A program made the position numbers and the translations under genes. A stretch of 63,828 nucleotides of DNA, filler included, from Octopus bimaculoides (taxonomy: Eukaryota), in NCBI RefSeq assembly GCF_001194135.2. It is 4 parts of 4 records of this genome, joined end to end, with 100 filler letters (N's around TTAATTAATTAA, not from the genome) between each part and the next. Parts side by side here need not be neighbours in the genome. Positions count along the whole stretch, not along the records: positions 1 to 25,804 come from NC_068984.1; 3 more parts are not named here. One strand, given 5' to 3'. A model generated the notes under the pieces. It did no database searches. It was not told where the DNA came from and saw nothing but the letters and a program-made list of their open reading frames with translations. Positions 1-13,149 of the stretch are shown piece by piece (position 1 is the first letter of the stretch; each line of letters opens with the position of its first letter).

Positions 1-321
1 TACTATGGCCTCGGGCCAACCAAAGCCTTGTGAGTGGATTTGGTAGACGGAAACTGAAAGAAGCCTGTCGTATATATGTGTATGTATATATGTATTTATG
101 TGTGTTTGTGTCTGTGTTTGTCCCCCCACCATCGCTTGACAACCGATGCTGGTGTGTTTACATCCCCATAACTTAGCAGTTCGGCAAAAAGAGGCCGATA
201 GAATAAGTACTAGGCTTACAAAGAATAAGTCCTGGGGTCGATTTGTTCGACTAAAGGCGGTGCTCCAGCATGGCCGCAGTCAAATGACTGAAACAAGTAA
301 AAGAGTAAAGAGTAAAGAGTA
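1..321 (+). mobile_element. tRNA-derived SINE family A, cut by the window edge
   Basis: Same sequence as the copy at 32022-32540, including the internal (AT/GT)n and the (AAGAGT)n tail. Confidence 0.85.
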
Positions 322-718
322 ATGGCCTAGAAGAATAGCAAAAATCAAATGAATTGATAAAAAATATATGTAAAATTGAAGGGGAGTAAAAAAAAGCAGT
401 GTCAAAATGTCTTGCATTCGCATAATGTGCTCACCAAAGATAGTAAAGTAAGCAATGACAGAACCATTATTCTTCTCCCTTCTCTCTATTTGCTATTTCC
501 TTCCACTTTTATGTCCCTTTCTAGATCTACTCCCTTATATTAACACATGCTATTTTACTTCGTTTTACAGATCACTACTTTTCATTCCCAGAAATGTTAG
601 GATTTTCTTCTTCACTTGGCATGTAAATTCATTCCATTTTGTGAATTTGGAAGAATGCAACTTGCCTCAGTCAACCTGATTACAGTAGGAAATCACGATA
701 GAAATTCAGAATGTTTAC

Positions 719-861
719 CTCATCATTTAAAACTATATGGATTCCTGAAGGTCCTTGCCAAAGTATTTCTGAAATTTTATGGAATTCTAAAGTGAAGAGA
801 TCAGCTAACTTCTGTTTGATTTCCCTTGAAGTTAGATTATCAAGGAATACTGCATGATAAA
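719..861 (-). CDS. TFCP2: TFCP2 exon, 143 nt: (V)YHAVFLDNLTSREIKQKLADLFTLEFHKISEILWQGPSGIHIVLNDE
   Basis: tctttttcag|TTTAT...GAG|gtaaac; matches VYHAIYLEEL...QGPTGIHVLISDE. The remaining exons lie left of the window. Confidence 0.96.
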
Positions 862-952
862 CTGAAAAAGATTAAAAAATTTTATACAAGAGTTATTTCT
901 ACATTTCTGTATACTGCATGATACAGAGTTAGCTATTATGAAAAGATGGCTG

Positions 953-993
<41 letters not shown>

Positions 994-1191
994 AATGAAA
1001 GACAGAAGATGGAATATACGAGAATTTATTATTAATCACGACAATTGTTTCAACACATCTAGCATCGATCCCTCATGGGTGGGACACTCAGCAACTGGTT
1101 CAGGAGCATCTGGTGGTGCAGATGTATCTCATCCAGAGATAAATAGACACAACTCGTTAAAATAACAGCTCCATTTTACAGAGCACACTGG

Positions 1192-1839
1192 GTGCTTTTT
1201 ACATGGGACCAGCACTGAAAGAGGTCACCAAGTACCTTCTAAGACAAAATCCCCTTAACTGGGAGTGGTGAGTAATACTGAGTGGGTGTGGCTTTGCACC
1301 AGTTGAGACATTTAAAGTATAGAGTGACGATATAGGTATCTTACTATAAAGTAGTTCCAGTTGGCAAAGAAAGGAGAGTGAGTTAGTAAGATAAAGAGGG
1401 TGTTAGTGAGAGAGACATCTTGCTATTGCCCTCAATGCCTTCACATAAACACAACAAACCCCATCACCAAACCTCCCCTATATTTCTCTCCATCATTTGC
1501 TAGTCACTTCATCCTGCCTATTCATCCAGCCCAAGTGTCTATATCACCTCACTTTTTCTCGCCACTCCCAATGTCTCTCGAGGGCATGTCCCAACACACG
1601 TTCACCATTATCTCTCTCTATCTCTCTTTATCCTACTAACTCACTCTTTCTTTTCCAACTGGGGTATCCATGTAACTACTCTACAACAAGACAGCTATAT
1701 CGTCCCTCTATACTTCAAATGTCTCAACTGGTGCAAAAGCCACACCCACTCAATACTACTCACCACTCCCAGTTAAGGGGATTTTGTCTTAGAAGGTACT
1801 TGGTGACTCCTGTCGGTGCTGGTGCCATGTAGAAAACAC
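1192..1839. repeat. Inverted repeat, ~225-bp arms (1192-1416 / 1612-1839)
   Basis: caccaagtaccttctaagacaaaatccccttaactggg...gcaccagttgagacattt is present with its reverse complement. Confidence 0.88.
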
Positions 1840-2425
1840 TGGTGCTGGTGCCACATAAAAAGTACTGGAATTGGTGCCATATAAAAAGCATCCAGCGCAC
1901 TCTATAAAATAGTTAGCATTAGGAAAGGTATCGAACTGTAAAAGAAAAAAAAAAAACAGACTATGAAAACTGATATGGCCCCTGACCTTACCAGCTCCTG
2001 TCAAAACATCCAATCCATGCTAGCATGGAAAGTAGACATTAAATAATGATGATCATCATCATTATCATCATGGGAGATACAGACATCATTAAAAACAAAG
2101 CATGCTTTTTGAGAAACTCTGAGAAACTTGTTCTGCATTGAGTTAGATACTCCTTTGTTACTCTTACCATGAGGAATGCAATAAACTAGGGACTGACCTC
2201 GTGGAAACCTATAAACCAATGACACAACTGCCACAAAGCATGATACGAAATAAATAAATAAGCCACAATCTAGCACCATAAAAATTAGGACACTCATTGG
2301 CTTATGTAATTAATCTGAGGTTTACTAGGCTAGGAATATATAGTGTGACCATAGCTGGAATGCATCTGATCATAGGTCTACTAAGGTCAGTACTGATACC
2401 AGGTTAAACAACAAAATATACTTAC

Positions 2426-2475
2426 CATGGTCCCCCTCCTGACAAACATATATCGTTAATCTAGGCCTGACACAT
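2426..2475 (-). CDS. TFCP2: TFCP2 exon, 50 nt: CVRPRLTIYVCQEGDH
   Basis: ctctttcag|ATGT...CATG|gtaagt; VRPRLTIYVCQE is the family signature. Confidence 0.96.
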
Positions 2476-2652
2476 CTGAAAGAGAAAGAACAACAAGGAC
2501 AATTATTCAATAAAAAGATGAATGAAACTGAAATAAGCAGAACTTATATTAGTTTACAGATCATACAGAATTAAGTACTCTTCTGTACTATATTGCTTTT
2601 TCATAGCAATCAATACATTGAGAATGATAAACCAAAAAAGGAGCCACTACAT

Positions 2653-3400
2653 CAGAGCTGGGCCAACCTGAGGTCATGGGCCACATGCGGCCCACAGACT
2701 TTTATCTTGCAGCCCTCTTGATACTTTCTTGAAGTGGGTTTATTTAAACAAACATTTAAAAAATTTAATCAAAAATTAAAGATTGTAATGAAAAGTAAAA
2801 AAGAAAGATAATACTGTTTTTGCAACAATAATATTTCATGTCTCCTCCATCGGACACAAAACTCAGCTTGCGAAGACCTGTTGGGGCAAGCGAAAGCGAA
2901 ATCGTGATGGCACCTGTGCCCAGCGTCGCCTTCCTGGCACTTGTGCCGGTGGTACATGTAAAGACATTCGAGCGAGATCGTTGCCAGTGCCACTGGACTG
3001 GCTCCTGTGCAGGTGGCATGTAACATACACCATTTTGAGCATGGCCGTTGCCAGTACCGCCTGACTGGCCTTTGTGCCGGTGGCACGTAAAAGCACCCAC
3101 TACACTCTCGGAGTGGTTGGTATTAGGAAGGGCATCCAGCTGTAGAAACTCTGCCAAATCAGATTGGAGCCTGGTGTAGACATCTGGTTCACCAGTCCTC
3201 AGTCAAATCGTCCAACCCACGCTAGCATGGAAAGCGGACGTTAAATGATGATGATGATGTTGAATCAACAATCATTCATTCATTATTATAATGATAGCAT
3301 GAGAAAGCAAAATGTTTTTAATTCTGTCAGTATACAAGCGGCCCTCAAAAAACTTTGTGATTAAAGTAGCTTGCAATGTAATTCAAGTTGACCAAGACTG
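2653..3400. mobile_element. hAT-type MITE interrupted by a LINE 3' fragment
   Basis: Ends CAGAGCTGGGCCAAC / GTTGACCAAGACTG; 8-bp flanks CACTACAT / CTCTACAT (7/8). Confidence 0.75.
2838..3258 (+). mobile_element. 5'-truncated RTE LINE (3'UTR only; 'family B'), nested in a hAT MITE
   Basis: Start matches the reverse complement of 63159-63215; end matches 62235-62423; (GAT)n tail. Confidence 0.88.
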
Positions 3401-4065
3401 CTCTACATGACCACTTTACCTGCTAGAAATAATAGTTAAATCTCATACAAATCATATTCTATCACTTTAAAAAAGGAAGATCTGGTTAATTAGGACTAAG
3501 CTAGAGGTAATCAATATCTGAAATCATTTTAGTCAAACTTTGCGATACCTAGAAATCTATGTAAGTGCTTATAAGAACAGGGCTCAGGGAAAAGGAAACT
3601 GACATCCAAAATGATAGTATATTACAAAGGGACCTTTCATTACTAAAACAACAGAACTATTTATTCATTAATGAAGCACTGCCATTCCTGAACAGAGATT
3701 TTTCTGTTGTTACAAAAGATATTGTATGACTGATTATGTAGCAGACATAAGTTCAGAAATGAAAGTTAGAGTTTGTGTTACTTAGAAGAAGAAAATGTAT
3801 AATGTGAAGACAAGCCAAGCACTAAGTAAAAAGAACTGCTGCAACTGTTATAGTTAGACAGTTGGGGAAATATCTAAATCAAGGAATGTCTAGGTAGAGT
3901 AATGAAAACAAAATTACAAGGGAAGATATAGTTGATTACACTGATCATGGTATTTCATTCAGATTCTGGAAACTGTGTAATAACATCGCTTATGACAATA
4001 GTAGTAATGATGGAGGTGATGTTGAGATAAATAAATATGCAAAATTAAACAAAATCTTGTCATAC

Positions 4066-4156
4066 TTGGCTTGTAATGCATTATTCAATCTAATGCCATC
4101 TGCCAGGCCACATATCTGTATAAGATCGTCCCTTGATAAGCGAAGAAGATCAGCAC
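4066..4156 (-). CDS. TFCP2: TFCP2 exon, 91 nt: [30 protein letters not shown](K), SAM-like domain
   Basis: attttacag|GTGCT...GCCAA|gtatga; matches [24 protein letters not shown]. Confidence 0.97.
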
Positions 4157-4334
4157 CTGTAAAATAAAACAGAAAAGGATCTTTGAGGTACTTTAATACA
4201 CAATTGTCTTTTGTTATTCAGAAGTAAAATACAATAAACACCCACAAGTAACTATTACATAATTTTAAAAAAAGTAAAAAATTAAGATACTGAGTCTCTT
4301 GATGATCTCACTAGTACCAACATGATGTACAAAG

Positions 4335-4620
4335 CATAGGTTGGACGGTTTAACTGAGGACTGGCGAGCCAGATGGCTGCACCAAGCTCCAATCTGATCT
4401 GGCATAGTTTCTACAGCTGGATGCCCTTCCTAACGCCAACCACTCCGAGAGTGTAGTGGGTGCTTTTACATGCCCCTGGCACGAAGGCCAGTCAGGCGGT
4501 ACTGGCAACAGCCACACTCAAGTGGTGCTTTTTACGTGCCACCTGCACAGGAGCCAGTCCAGCAGCACTAGCAACGACCTTGCTCGAATGTTGTTTTTCA
4601 CGTGCCACCAGCACAAGTGC
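4335..4620 (-). mobile_element. Family B (RTE 3'UTR) copy; others at ~37670-37870 -, ~17550-17700 -, ~8385-8555 -, ~1840-2075 +, ~47840-47950 +, ~49290-49360 +
   Basis: Motifs ccatgctagcatgggttggacg, ctacagctggatgcccttcctaacgccaacc. Confidence 0.85.
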
Positions 4621-4766
4621 CGGATGCATGCATAGTTGTGTAGTTACAAGGAAACAGTCCATGATGGTGAATTGTAGATGTAACTTTTTGATATTGTCTT
4701 GTGTGTGTATGGCTTACTAAACATAATCATAAAGAAAGTTCAAGAATAAAAGCCTTTTTTTTTTAC

Positions 4767-4860
4767 CTGAAAAATTTTGGAATAAGCGCACATAACTGAC
4801 AAATCTATTCTGATGTAACCATGTCGTGACATCTTGAGCAGTTGCTTCCCCTGTAAGAGC
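4767..4860 (-). CDS. TFCP2: TFCP2 exon, 94 nt: ALTGEATAQDVTTWLHQNRFVSYVRLFQNFS(G)
   Basis: cttccatag|GCT...TCAG|gtaaaa; matches WLHRNRFSTFTRLFTNFSG. Confidence 0.96.
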
Positions 4861-5334
4861 CTATGGAAGAAAGGAAATTGATCAAGTAAGAAATATTTAG
4901 CATATATACAACTTGCTTTTAATGACAAACTACAAATCAACTCTTAAAAAACACAGTCAAAATAGTGAAAATTATCAAACTGGTAATGGTATTTTACTCA
5001 GACGTGGAAGCAAGTTCTGAAAGAGCCTTTAAGTAAACTTAACCAAGAGTTAACCCTCTCAGACCTGAGCCCCTGTGTCTAACTTTACCCTCCGTCTGGA
5101 TTCCTGAGCAAAAAAAAAATAATAAATTGCTGCATTTACAACACAAGAGTAACAATTACAGGCAAACTAATGGACAGAATTAGTTACATCTGTTTCTATG
5201 CATGTTGTTCATTACTGCTTTATCAGGAATCTGGCAGAGATAATGTTTAACCTATTCCCACTATAGCAGGAATATGGCATGAATATGGGTTAAGTTATGC
5301 TAAATGGGAAAGAAGATAAGAATTTGCTGCCATT

Positions 5335-5760
5335 GAAGAAACGATTGTGCTCAATAGGCTGAGAAAGAAAAGGCAGAAATACCAGTGTGCATAGTGTAAA
5401 CAGTGGACATACAAGAGATGTAGAGGAATCATTGGTAGGTTAGCAGCAAAAGGTTGCCTACATATGGGACAGGTCTACAGTATGAAAAGCAAATAGGAAA
5501 TAGATTCTTTCAACAGCTTAGAAGGCTTCCTAGAAGAAGTCAATAATTTCTGCTATGTAGGTGGTCTGATTCGTATTGGGAGTTGTTGCTCTAGAAGCAG
5601 AACAGGTTGGAAAATGTTCAGAGCGTTATGACTTCTGCTGGCAATAAAGGGCTTTTCCATCAAGGTGAAGAGCACTGATGATGGTTGTAGGTGAAATGAA
5701 ATGCTACATGTGAGTGAGACATGGCCCTTAAGTACAAAGGGTTTACAAAGACTAGAATAA
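5335..5760 (+). mobile_element. Degraded RTE RT fragment
   Basis: LEEVNNFCY.G, RTGWKMFR, MLHVSETWPL with stops. Confidence 0.7.
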
Positions 5761-5841
5761 TACTATGGGCAGGGAGAAGGGAAAAAATTGACAGTAAATT
5801 TCATGAATATATATATATATATAAAAGAAGTACAAACTAAC

Positions 5842-5941
5842 TTGAAATACAGGTTCAGATGTTTCTGACGGTGGTTTCTGGTTAATGGATGGTGAAGGAA
5901 CAGTCACAGATGTAGGAGAATTGAGACTGCTAGCAGATGAC
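5842..5941 (-). CDS. TFCP2: TFCP2 linker exon, 100 nt, phase 2-0: SSASSLNSPTSVTVPSPSINQKPPSETSEPVFQ
   Basis: ttttctttcag|GTCA...CAA|gttagt; Ser/Pro-rich, as in the LSF linker. Confidence 0.88.
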
Positions 5942-6865
5942 CTGAAAGAAAACAACTCTTAAATAGAAAAGGCTACCCCAAGCATATATTTATGGTTGTA
6001 GCTTAAGAACAAGACAGATTCGGTTTCTTTTAATATGACGAAAGTTAGCTTTTAGTAAATTACATAGGCTAGGAAGGTAGGAATATTGAACATTCACTGT
6101 ACCACTACAATATCTAATCAATTTATATATAAAAAAAAAACTCTTTGCAGTCATGTGACTTGTTTGAAATAGGAGCCACAACTCCAAATAGTGTGAACCC
6201 TGCTTACATAAAAAGAATGGGTGGTCACAGTTTGAATGCTTTTGATCAAAACATTCAATTGTTTGGACAACTGATGACGTTAGTAAAGCTGTGTTGTTTT
6301 GTGAAAGATAAACCATGTTCACAATAACTCTCCAACGGTCAGCTATAATGATTGACTATATGATTATCTTTCCTAATAGGATATTGGACATGTAGCCCCA
6401 GCTTAGCCCTAGTAACCAACCTATCTTTTTAAGAATGTGTCAAGAAGTACATTATCCAACATGTCTTTTCCATATTTAAGATGGTAGAGTGTGATTCATG
6501 AGATTTGGTTGCTATTTCTAGTAAGTCATGCAACCCTGTAAAGGCTCTCATGTTGTAATATAGTGAACAATACCACTGAGAATGTGATGTTTCTGCCACA
6601 TATACTCTAGTGTTAGCAATGGAATATAAAACATTTACTCTATGAACATTAGACTAATCTATTGTAGACTTCAACAGCTGTAGATATCATAACATGTTTC
6701 TTTCTATATCCAGTTTTTTTTTTTATGGATAAAATTAGATTGAAAGATTGGAAATATTGTTGGACTTGGTCTAATCAAGGACACCAAAGTGAAACGGAAT
6801 AAAATATTGAATCCACTTTCTGTGACTGTGGAACTGTCCAAACCACAGATCATCTGCTGGTTTAC

Positions 6866-6901
6866 CCATTATTGGAATCTCCTTTTTTTTGCCAGATGTG
6901 A
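6866..6901 (-). CDS. TFCP2: TFCP2 candidate cassette exon, 36 nt, phase 2-2: HIWQKKGDSNN
   Basis: Strong pyrimidine tract ctatctttctctatcag|TCAC...AATGG|gtaaac; in frame; no homology support. Confidence 0.45.
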
Positions 6902-7013
6902 CTGATAGAGAAAGATAGTTGAAATAGAGGTTGCATTGTATACACAATTTGGGATGGAACATCACACACACACATACAAACAAACATATTGGAAAACATA
7001 ACCGTGTTCTTAC

Positions 7014-7109
7014 ACTGAGGTATTTGAAGTTCCAATTTTAGGAGTACTAGTTTGAATGATGGCTGAATCTACTGTACATACTTGTGGTTGGCCCATGCCA
7101 AGTGGAGTC
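7014..7109 (-). CDS. TFCP2: TFCP2 candidate cassette exon, 96 nt, phase 2-2: TPLGMGQPQVCTVDSAIIQTSTPKIGTSNTS
   Basis: ctctttgtatttctag|GACT...CAGT|gtaaga; open in frame and Ser/Thr-rich like its neighbours. Confidence 0.65.
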
Positions 7110-8694
7110 CTAGAAATACAAAGAGAAACAACAACATTAGTAACAGTCGTAGTATAAGTTACAATTGTAAAAATATTTTCCTAACTTAAGGTTTTCTTTT
7201 TTTCAATGAATTGTTTGCAAATAAGGAAATGAACACTGCAAAAAGGATCTTGCTGGTTAAGTCCATCAAAAGATAATTTCCTACATGCAGGCATGGCCAT
7301 GTGGTTAAGAAGTTCAGTCCCACTGTGTGAGTGGCATTAGGTACTGATGGCCAGTACTTCATGAGTGAAATTGGTAGGCAGAAACTGAAGAAGCCTATCA
7401 GATACAAATACACCTAATATCATCAGTTAACATCCACGTTTCATGCTGGCACAGGCAGTGCATGTTTGTAGGAGTGAGTTTCTCCTAAACAAAAACAACA
7501 GCTTCACTATCCAATAAAGGTGGTGTTGTACGCTTCCAGTCAACCACAAAAGCATATCTGAGTTTCTTGATATATCTTGAAATATTGTGCAATCTTTGTA
7601 AGCAAAAAGGCTTCTAAATATGTCCAGGCTGTTTGTTGTTTGACAGACAAGGGGATTATGACTTTGCTTGGAATGGAAACAGGAAGGGCATCTGGCCATA
7701 CAAAATCTACCTTCAATCTGACCCAAACAAGTATGGAAATGTGGATGATGATGATAGTGATGATAAAGATTCTCAGTAAATATTTCCTAGACAGTTGTAT
7801 GTGTGGAATTCATGTTAAAACCAAAGGCAGATGTAATAAAGTAAGCAATGGTGGATGTTTTATGCTTTTAGCATGAGTCAACTTGGCATTTCATCCAAAG
7901 TTTGACTATAAAATACATACTAGTATATTAAGATTAACTCAACCAACTATGTTTCCTCCCACATGAGTTTAACATGTATCAAATGAAAAACAAAAATCAT
8001 TAGTGCTAATATTAATCTCCACATTTCACTTTTTCTTAATATATATATATATATATATTCTCAATAGATTTTGTTAATATATTTTTACTTTCACAAACAT
8101 ATATCACTTACATATATTACTAAACTAGAGATGAATGATGAAAACTTTGCCTTTGGCAACCTATTTATATCTTCAGTTAAACTGTTTTCATTGCTCCAGC
8201 TTGGCTAGAAAATAGATATACTTCTCACCTTGCCATGAAGTGAAGTGTTGGAGTTAAGAATGGAGTCTAATCATGAAGAATAAGCTATAAAATTCATGAA
8301 AATATCTGAATCTTTAGAAACCTCTAACCCATGCCTGCACGTTAAAATATATCGTATTTACTCATGTCACCATCATCATCATTTAACATTCATTTTCTAT
8401 GCTCACATGGGTTGAACAGTTTAACAAAAGTTGGCAAGCCGGAGGGCTACACCAAGCTCCAATTGTCTGATTTGGCACAGTTTCTATGGCTAGATGCCCT
8501 TCCTAATGCCAACCACTTTATAGAGTATACTGGTTACTTTTTACATGGCATCAGCAGGTGTGTATACCATATATGCTCTGTAATTACTCATATAAATTGC
8601 TCTCCTAATTTGGTGTTAGATCTTGGAACAAAACTTTTTCCTTTCATATTTAAAAAAAAATAAATAAATTCATTATCTTCAATTTGGTTTTTGT

Positions 8695-8991
8695 GCCTAT
8701 CCTCACCTATGATGGTCATGAATGTAGAGTAATGAACAAAAGAGTACAATTGCGAATACAAGCGGCCAAATGAGATTCCTCTCAAGGGTCACAGGAGTAA
8801 CATTAAGTCAATGAGGTGTGTAGCTTGGAGACCAGGGAGTCTTTCCAAGTCAAGCCACAACTTCTTCACACTGAGAGGTCACAGCTCCAATACTACAGGC
8901 ATGTGATTAGAAAGTCACAGGAAAAAAACTGCAAGACAGATTCTTCAAATCAAGCAGGAAATCTAAGAGCAGACAAAAAACAAGACAGTTG

Positions 8992-9074
<83 letters not shown>

Positions 9075-9170
9075 GTCTCGGTTGGTCATGTTTGGAAATC
9101 CAGCTGAGAGGACTCTGTGGAGGAGGTACCTTAAGACTCTCCCAGGAATAATGGATGGAGAAGATGAATG
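8695..9170 (+). mobile_element. RTE LINE C-terminal fragment interrupted by an (AT)n expansion
   Basis: ILTY.(H)EC.VMNKRVQLRIQAA, ERSQLQYYRHVIR, then (AT)n, then ERTLWRRYL. Confidence 0.75.
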
Positions 9171-9438
9171 GATTCACAGTTTCAGTTTTGTTCCATGTAT
9201 AAGTTGCACCCCAGTCTTTTCAGTTAAAATCAAGTATAAAATAGTGTGATATGGTAGAAATTATCCAGAGCTGAATATACTATAAGATATTGGTATAGCC
9301 AAAAACATTAATTACATAACATATTTGAAAACACTGTGCTTTAAAATATATTTACCAACAGAATCAATGGAAGTTAGTACAATGTGCAGAAGTTAAAAAA
9401 CAATGCCAGGCTTACAGCAATTATACCAAATGACTAAC

Positions 9439-9542
9439 CTCACTTCTGACAAGGTGCTACTGTTGGCTAGACTACTGAATGAAGCATCAGGACTTAAGGC
9501 AAAACTGCTGAGTTGGGCATTGATGATTTGCTCCAAAGAAAT
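9439..9542 (-). CDS. TFCP2: TFCP2 linker exon, 104 nt, phase 0-2: ISLEQIINAQLSSFALSPDASFSSLANSSTLSEV
   Basis: tctcttaacag|ATT...GTGAG|gttagt; supplies the phase 0-to-2 change needed to reach exon 5842-5941. Confidence 0.85.
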
Positions 9543-12500
9543 CTGTTAAGAGATAGAAAAAATTTGAAAGGTTAGTAAAGACAAGCATCAACGGATTAAT
9601 GCAATACATATAAATACGTTAATGAAGATTCCTTACTGAGGCACAAGGCCTTAATATTATCAAAGAAGAAAATAAAAATCTGATGTTCATGATTTTCCAC
9701 ATGATATTAGCAATGTAAGGTAAGGGAAACAGCTATAACTGGAAACTAAAACCAGATTGTAAACTTGGCTTGCCAAACTTTATGTCTAATCAAACACATA
9801 TGCATGCACATTAAATATTCTCTCATGTACCAGATACTAAAGCAACACAAAGAACTAGCCTTTGAGATATTAATAAGAGATTGTAACTGAATAAATTCAT
9901 ATATTATCATGTTATCTTGTGAATGAAATTTTAGTATTCAATAAAACAGACTATATTCATATATATTGGCTGAAATTTTGAATGATAAATCCTTTGTAAA
10001 TGGAAATTTAGTTTCCAATAAAACAGAATACCTAGAACCTCTTAATTGCATTATGAATAATCAAGAAGAATGGCTACAATATATCCTGTTACAATATAGA
10101 TTGAAATTAGATAGAAACTGAAGCATCTTCACTTTTTGATAGTATTTCTCAGTATTACCAAAGATTGGATGACTTTACTTCCCTATGATATAGGCCACAT
10201 TATCATAATGTGGAAATGGTAATTAATTTCCAGTTATGAAAACAAAGAACATAAGTAGGAGAGAGACTAAATTTGTTGAACACAATTTAACACACAGCTG
10301 TATATAGACTAAATGCTTATCTGAAAACTTTTCAACAATTATTCAATACAAAATTATTATTCCACAGCAACACAATATAACCATGTCTTCATTTAAAGTC
10401 TGATTAGTAGAGCAGATTGATTAGCTTGGTATCAGATATTATAGCAACTGATTAGAGGTTTAATATCATTTCTAAAACAGGATACGTAATTGGAGCAAAG
10501 ACTCTTAGAGCAGGTCTGCTTCTCTAATGTCAGTCACATTATATGCTAATAGATCTGATTTCAAATTTAAACCAGCCCATTAAACAAAAATTAATCTGGC
10601 ATATGAAAGATTTTAACATGCCTTAGTATCTTATTTTTCTGATTTTCATTCTTTATTTCACCATTTTTCAAATATTTCATACACTATACTACTCATCAAA
10701 ATTAATAGTACATGTAGAGTGGTAAATTAAATTGAATAAATTTGTATTCAATTAGTGAATTAAAAGTTAATGAGAAAAGTGGCTGTGTGCCAAAAAAAAT
10801 AAGTCAAAATAAGTAGAAGACTTATCAAAGGCTGGTTAAAATCGACAGTGTGTAAAGTTCTAAAAATGGAAAGGGTGCTAACAGGTTTAATTTTTATTAG
10901 CTGAAGATTTTAAATGTCAATATATAAATATCACAAAGCTAAAATATTTGTTTTACTCTATAGCTTCAAGTTCTAGAAGTTGAATATATAAAGTGAAATC
11001 TAAATCAGAACTATTATTGACATTTTTAATGTCTCTTTACAGTCTTAGAGCTGGTGCTGCAATAAAATACTGCCAGAACATTGTACAGAGGTTGGCAAAT
11101 GAATGGAGATGACACCGGGTTGAGAGGACCCTTTAGTCTTGTCGAAGACATGGCAACTTCTGTAGCACTAGTGCTACAATAAAATGCACTCAGTAGACAC
11201 TGTAAAGTGGATGGTGATAAGAAGGGCATCCAGCTATAGAAAATAAGCTAAAAATGAAACACGAGCAAGATGTGATCATTTAACCTATCTAGGAAAGCAG
11301 AAACTCTAAATAAGAACTGACTTGGAACATGACAACACACCCAGCTCATGACAGCATGGAAAGTAGACATAAATTGGTCATGATAATGATTAAAGAAGGA
11401 GTTGCAAATCTTTTCATATTGTTTACTCTCTCTAAATCTTGTCTACTTCTTGTAAATCCATCTCTCTAAAGTGACCCTAGAATTTTTTTCCAGCAAGCTC
11501 TTATTTACAAGCAAGATCTCATCACATCTCCATTGCACTTATGAACATTTTAACCAGCTACTTTAGCTCAATTTAAATTAGCATCTTTAATTCATATAAC
11601 ATATTTGATGGATATCACCATTCTCTTGTTGTACAGTATAATATATAAAAGATAATTCCTGGATTGGCAATATAGCAAACATTCAATAAAAGACATTGTC
11701 ATCATCAAATTTTTCATGCTGGAATGGTTAAACGTACACTTCAAATAAAGCCATCACACTTTAAATACAGCCATTTCACGATCAATCACACCCTTTCATC
11801 CATCAGCCTTGAGTAAATATTTAAATAAAAGATGATGCTGATCAATCTCCCAGCCCCAACAAAAGACATGTTACTGCTAATGCCAGCCCCAGATATTTTA
11901 TATAAGATTTGATCCCAATAGAGGACAGCTAGCTAACATGTTAAGAAAATAATCCAGGAGTGGACTTAATAACATTTACATAACTATGAAACATTTAAAA
12001 TGAATGAAGGTAAACTGATTACAATAAAGTTGAAGAGTTAACAGGAAATTTATTTTAAAGATTTTAAAAGAAAAAGACATGTCTAAAATGGTATCTTCAA
12101 TGCAAAATAAAGGAACTAATTTCAACCATTTTGGAAATAAAGTTTTGTTCTTAGAAACAAAATAATTTGCTTCAATTTCCAACTTTCAATGACTAAAATG
12201 ACAAACATTTATCAAAATATCATTAAAATCAACAAAATCTTCATCGTTCTAATAATGTTCCAAGATAATGTCAGGAAACACAAATACCCTATCCAACCTA
12301 CATTATTAATTTTATTTATTTATAAATACACTGATTTTTTAATTTAAAAAAAACTGCACATCTAGCAAGATCCTCTCAGGAATAGAATGCTTTTATAGTG
12401 CTTCCATTGGAATTTCATGATATGTAACAAACAACCAAAATGATATAGATGTATGCTTTAATGAAAGCTTTCAAAATAAATCTACAATGTATTAATAAAC

Positions 12501-13114
12501 AGAATAAAGCCATATATGTTTCTTTGATCTTTTATATTTATACAATAATGCAAATATATTCTTTGAGAAATCTATACTTCAATTAAGAATTAGACCGTGA
12601 AACTAATATCATCAGTACAATTTTGTTGGCATACAGATTTTTCTAGAGATTATAAAAATGCATAGTAATTAAAGTTTTTCATGGGTGAGAATAAATTATA
12701 TATGGGTCAGAAAACATAATCCACACAAAGTTGTACATTGCATCAAGTTCATTGTGAGACAGTTAAATGATGACAGCAAATTGTAAGGTCTTTAATCTTC
12801 TGAATCACAAATATCTATAAATTACTATTCTATGTAATGCAAGTATTAAAAAAAAATGGAACTATTTTATTTTTCCATAATCATAAATATTTGCTAATTA
12901 TTGATTAGTAATATAGAGATAAAGGAGCTGTTTTTTTCCTCAAACATTAGTGACATGAGTGAATTAGTTTCAATCAAGAATGGAGATTAGGCTGTAAACC
13001 TGACTGCTCATTATCTGCTATGTAAGGATTCATCATATGAAATACAAATGACAAAGCCATGTTTAAATAGTGACAAAATAGGAAAGTGTTGGTTGAAGGA
13101 GAGAGGAACAGCAA

Positions 13115-13149
<35 letters not shown>

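Noticed and set aside
7082-7109. 28-nt version of the 7014-7109 exon using an internal gtatgt donor
   Set aside because: Ends in phase 0 and leads to stops downstream; the 96-nt version keeps the frame.
8229-8266. Exon-like 38 nt (attag|ACTCC...CAAG|gtgaga) in a TFCP2 intron
   Set aside because: In-frame TAA after a phase-2 junction and not a multiple of 3; at most a poison exon.
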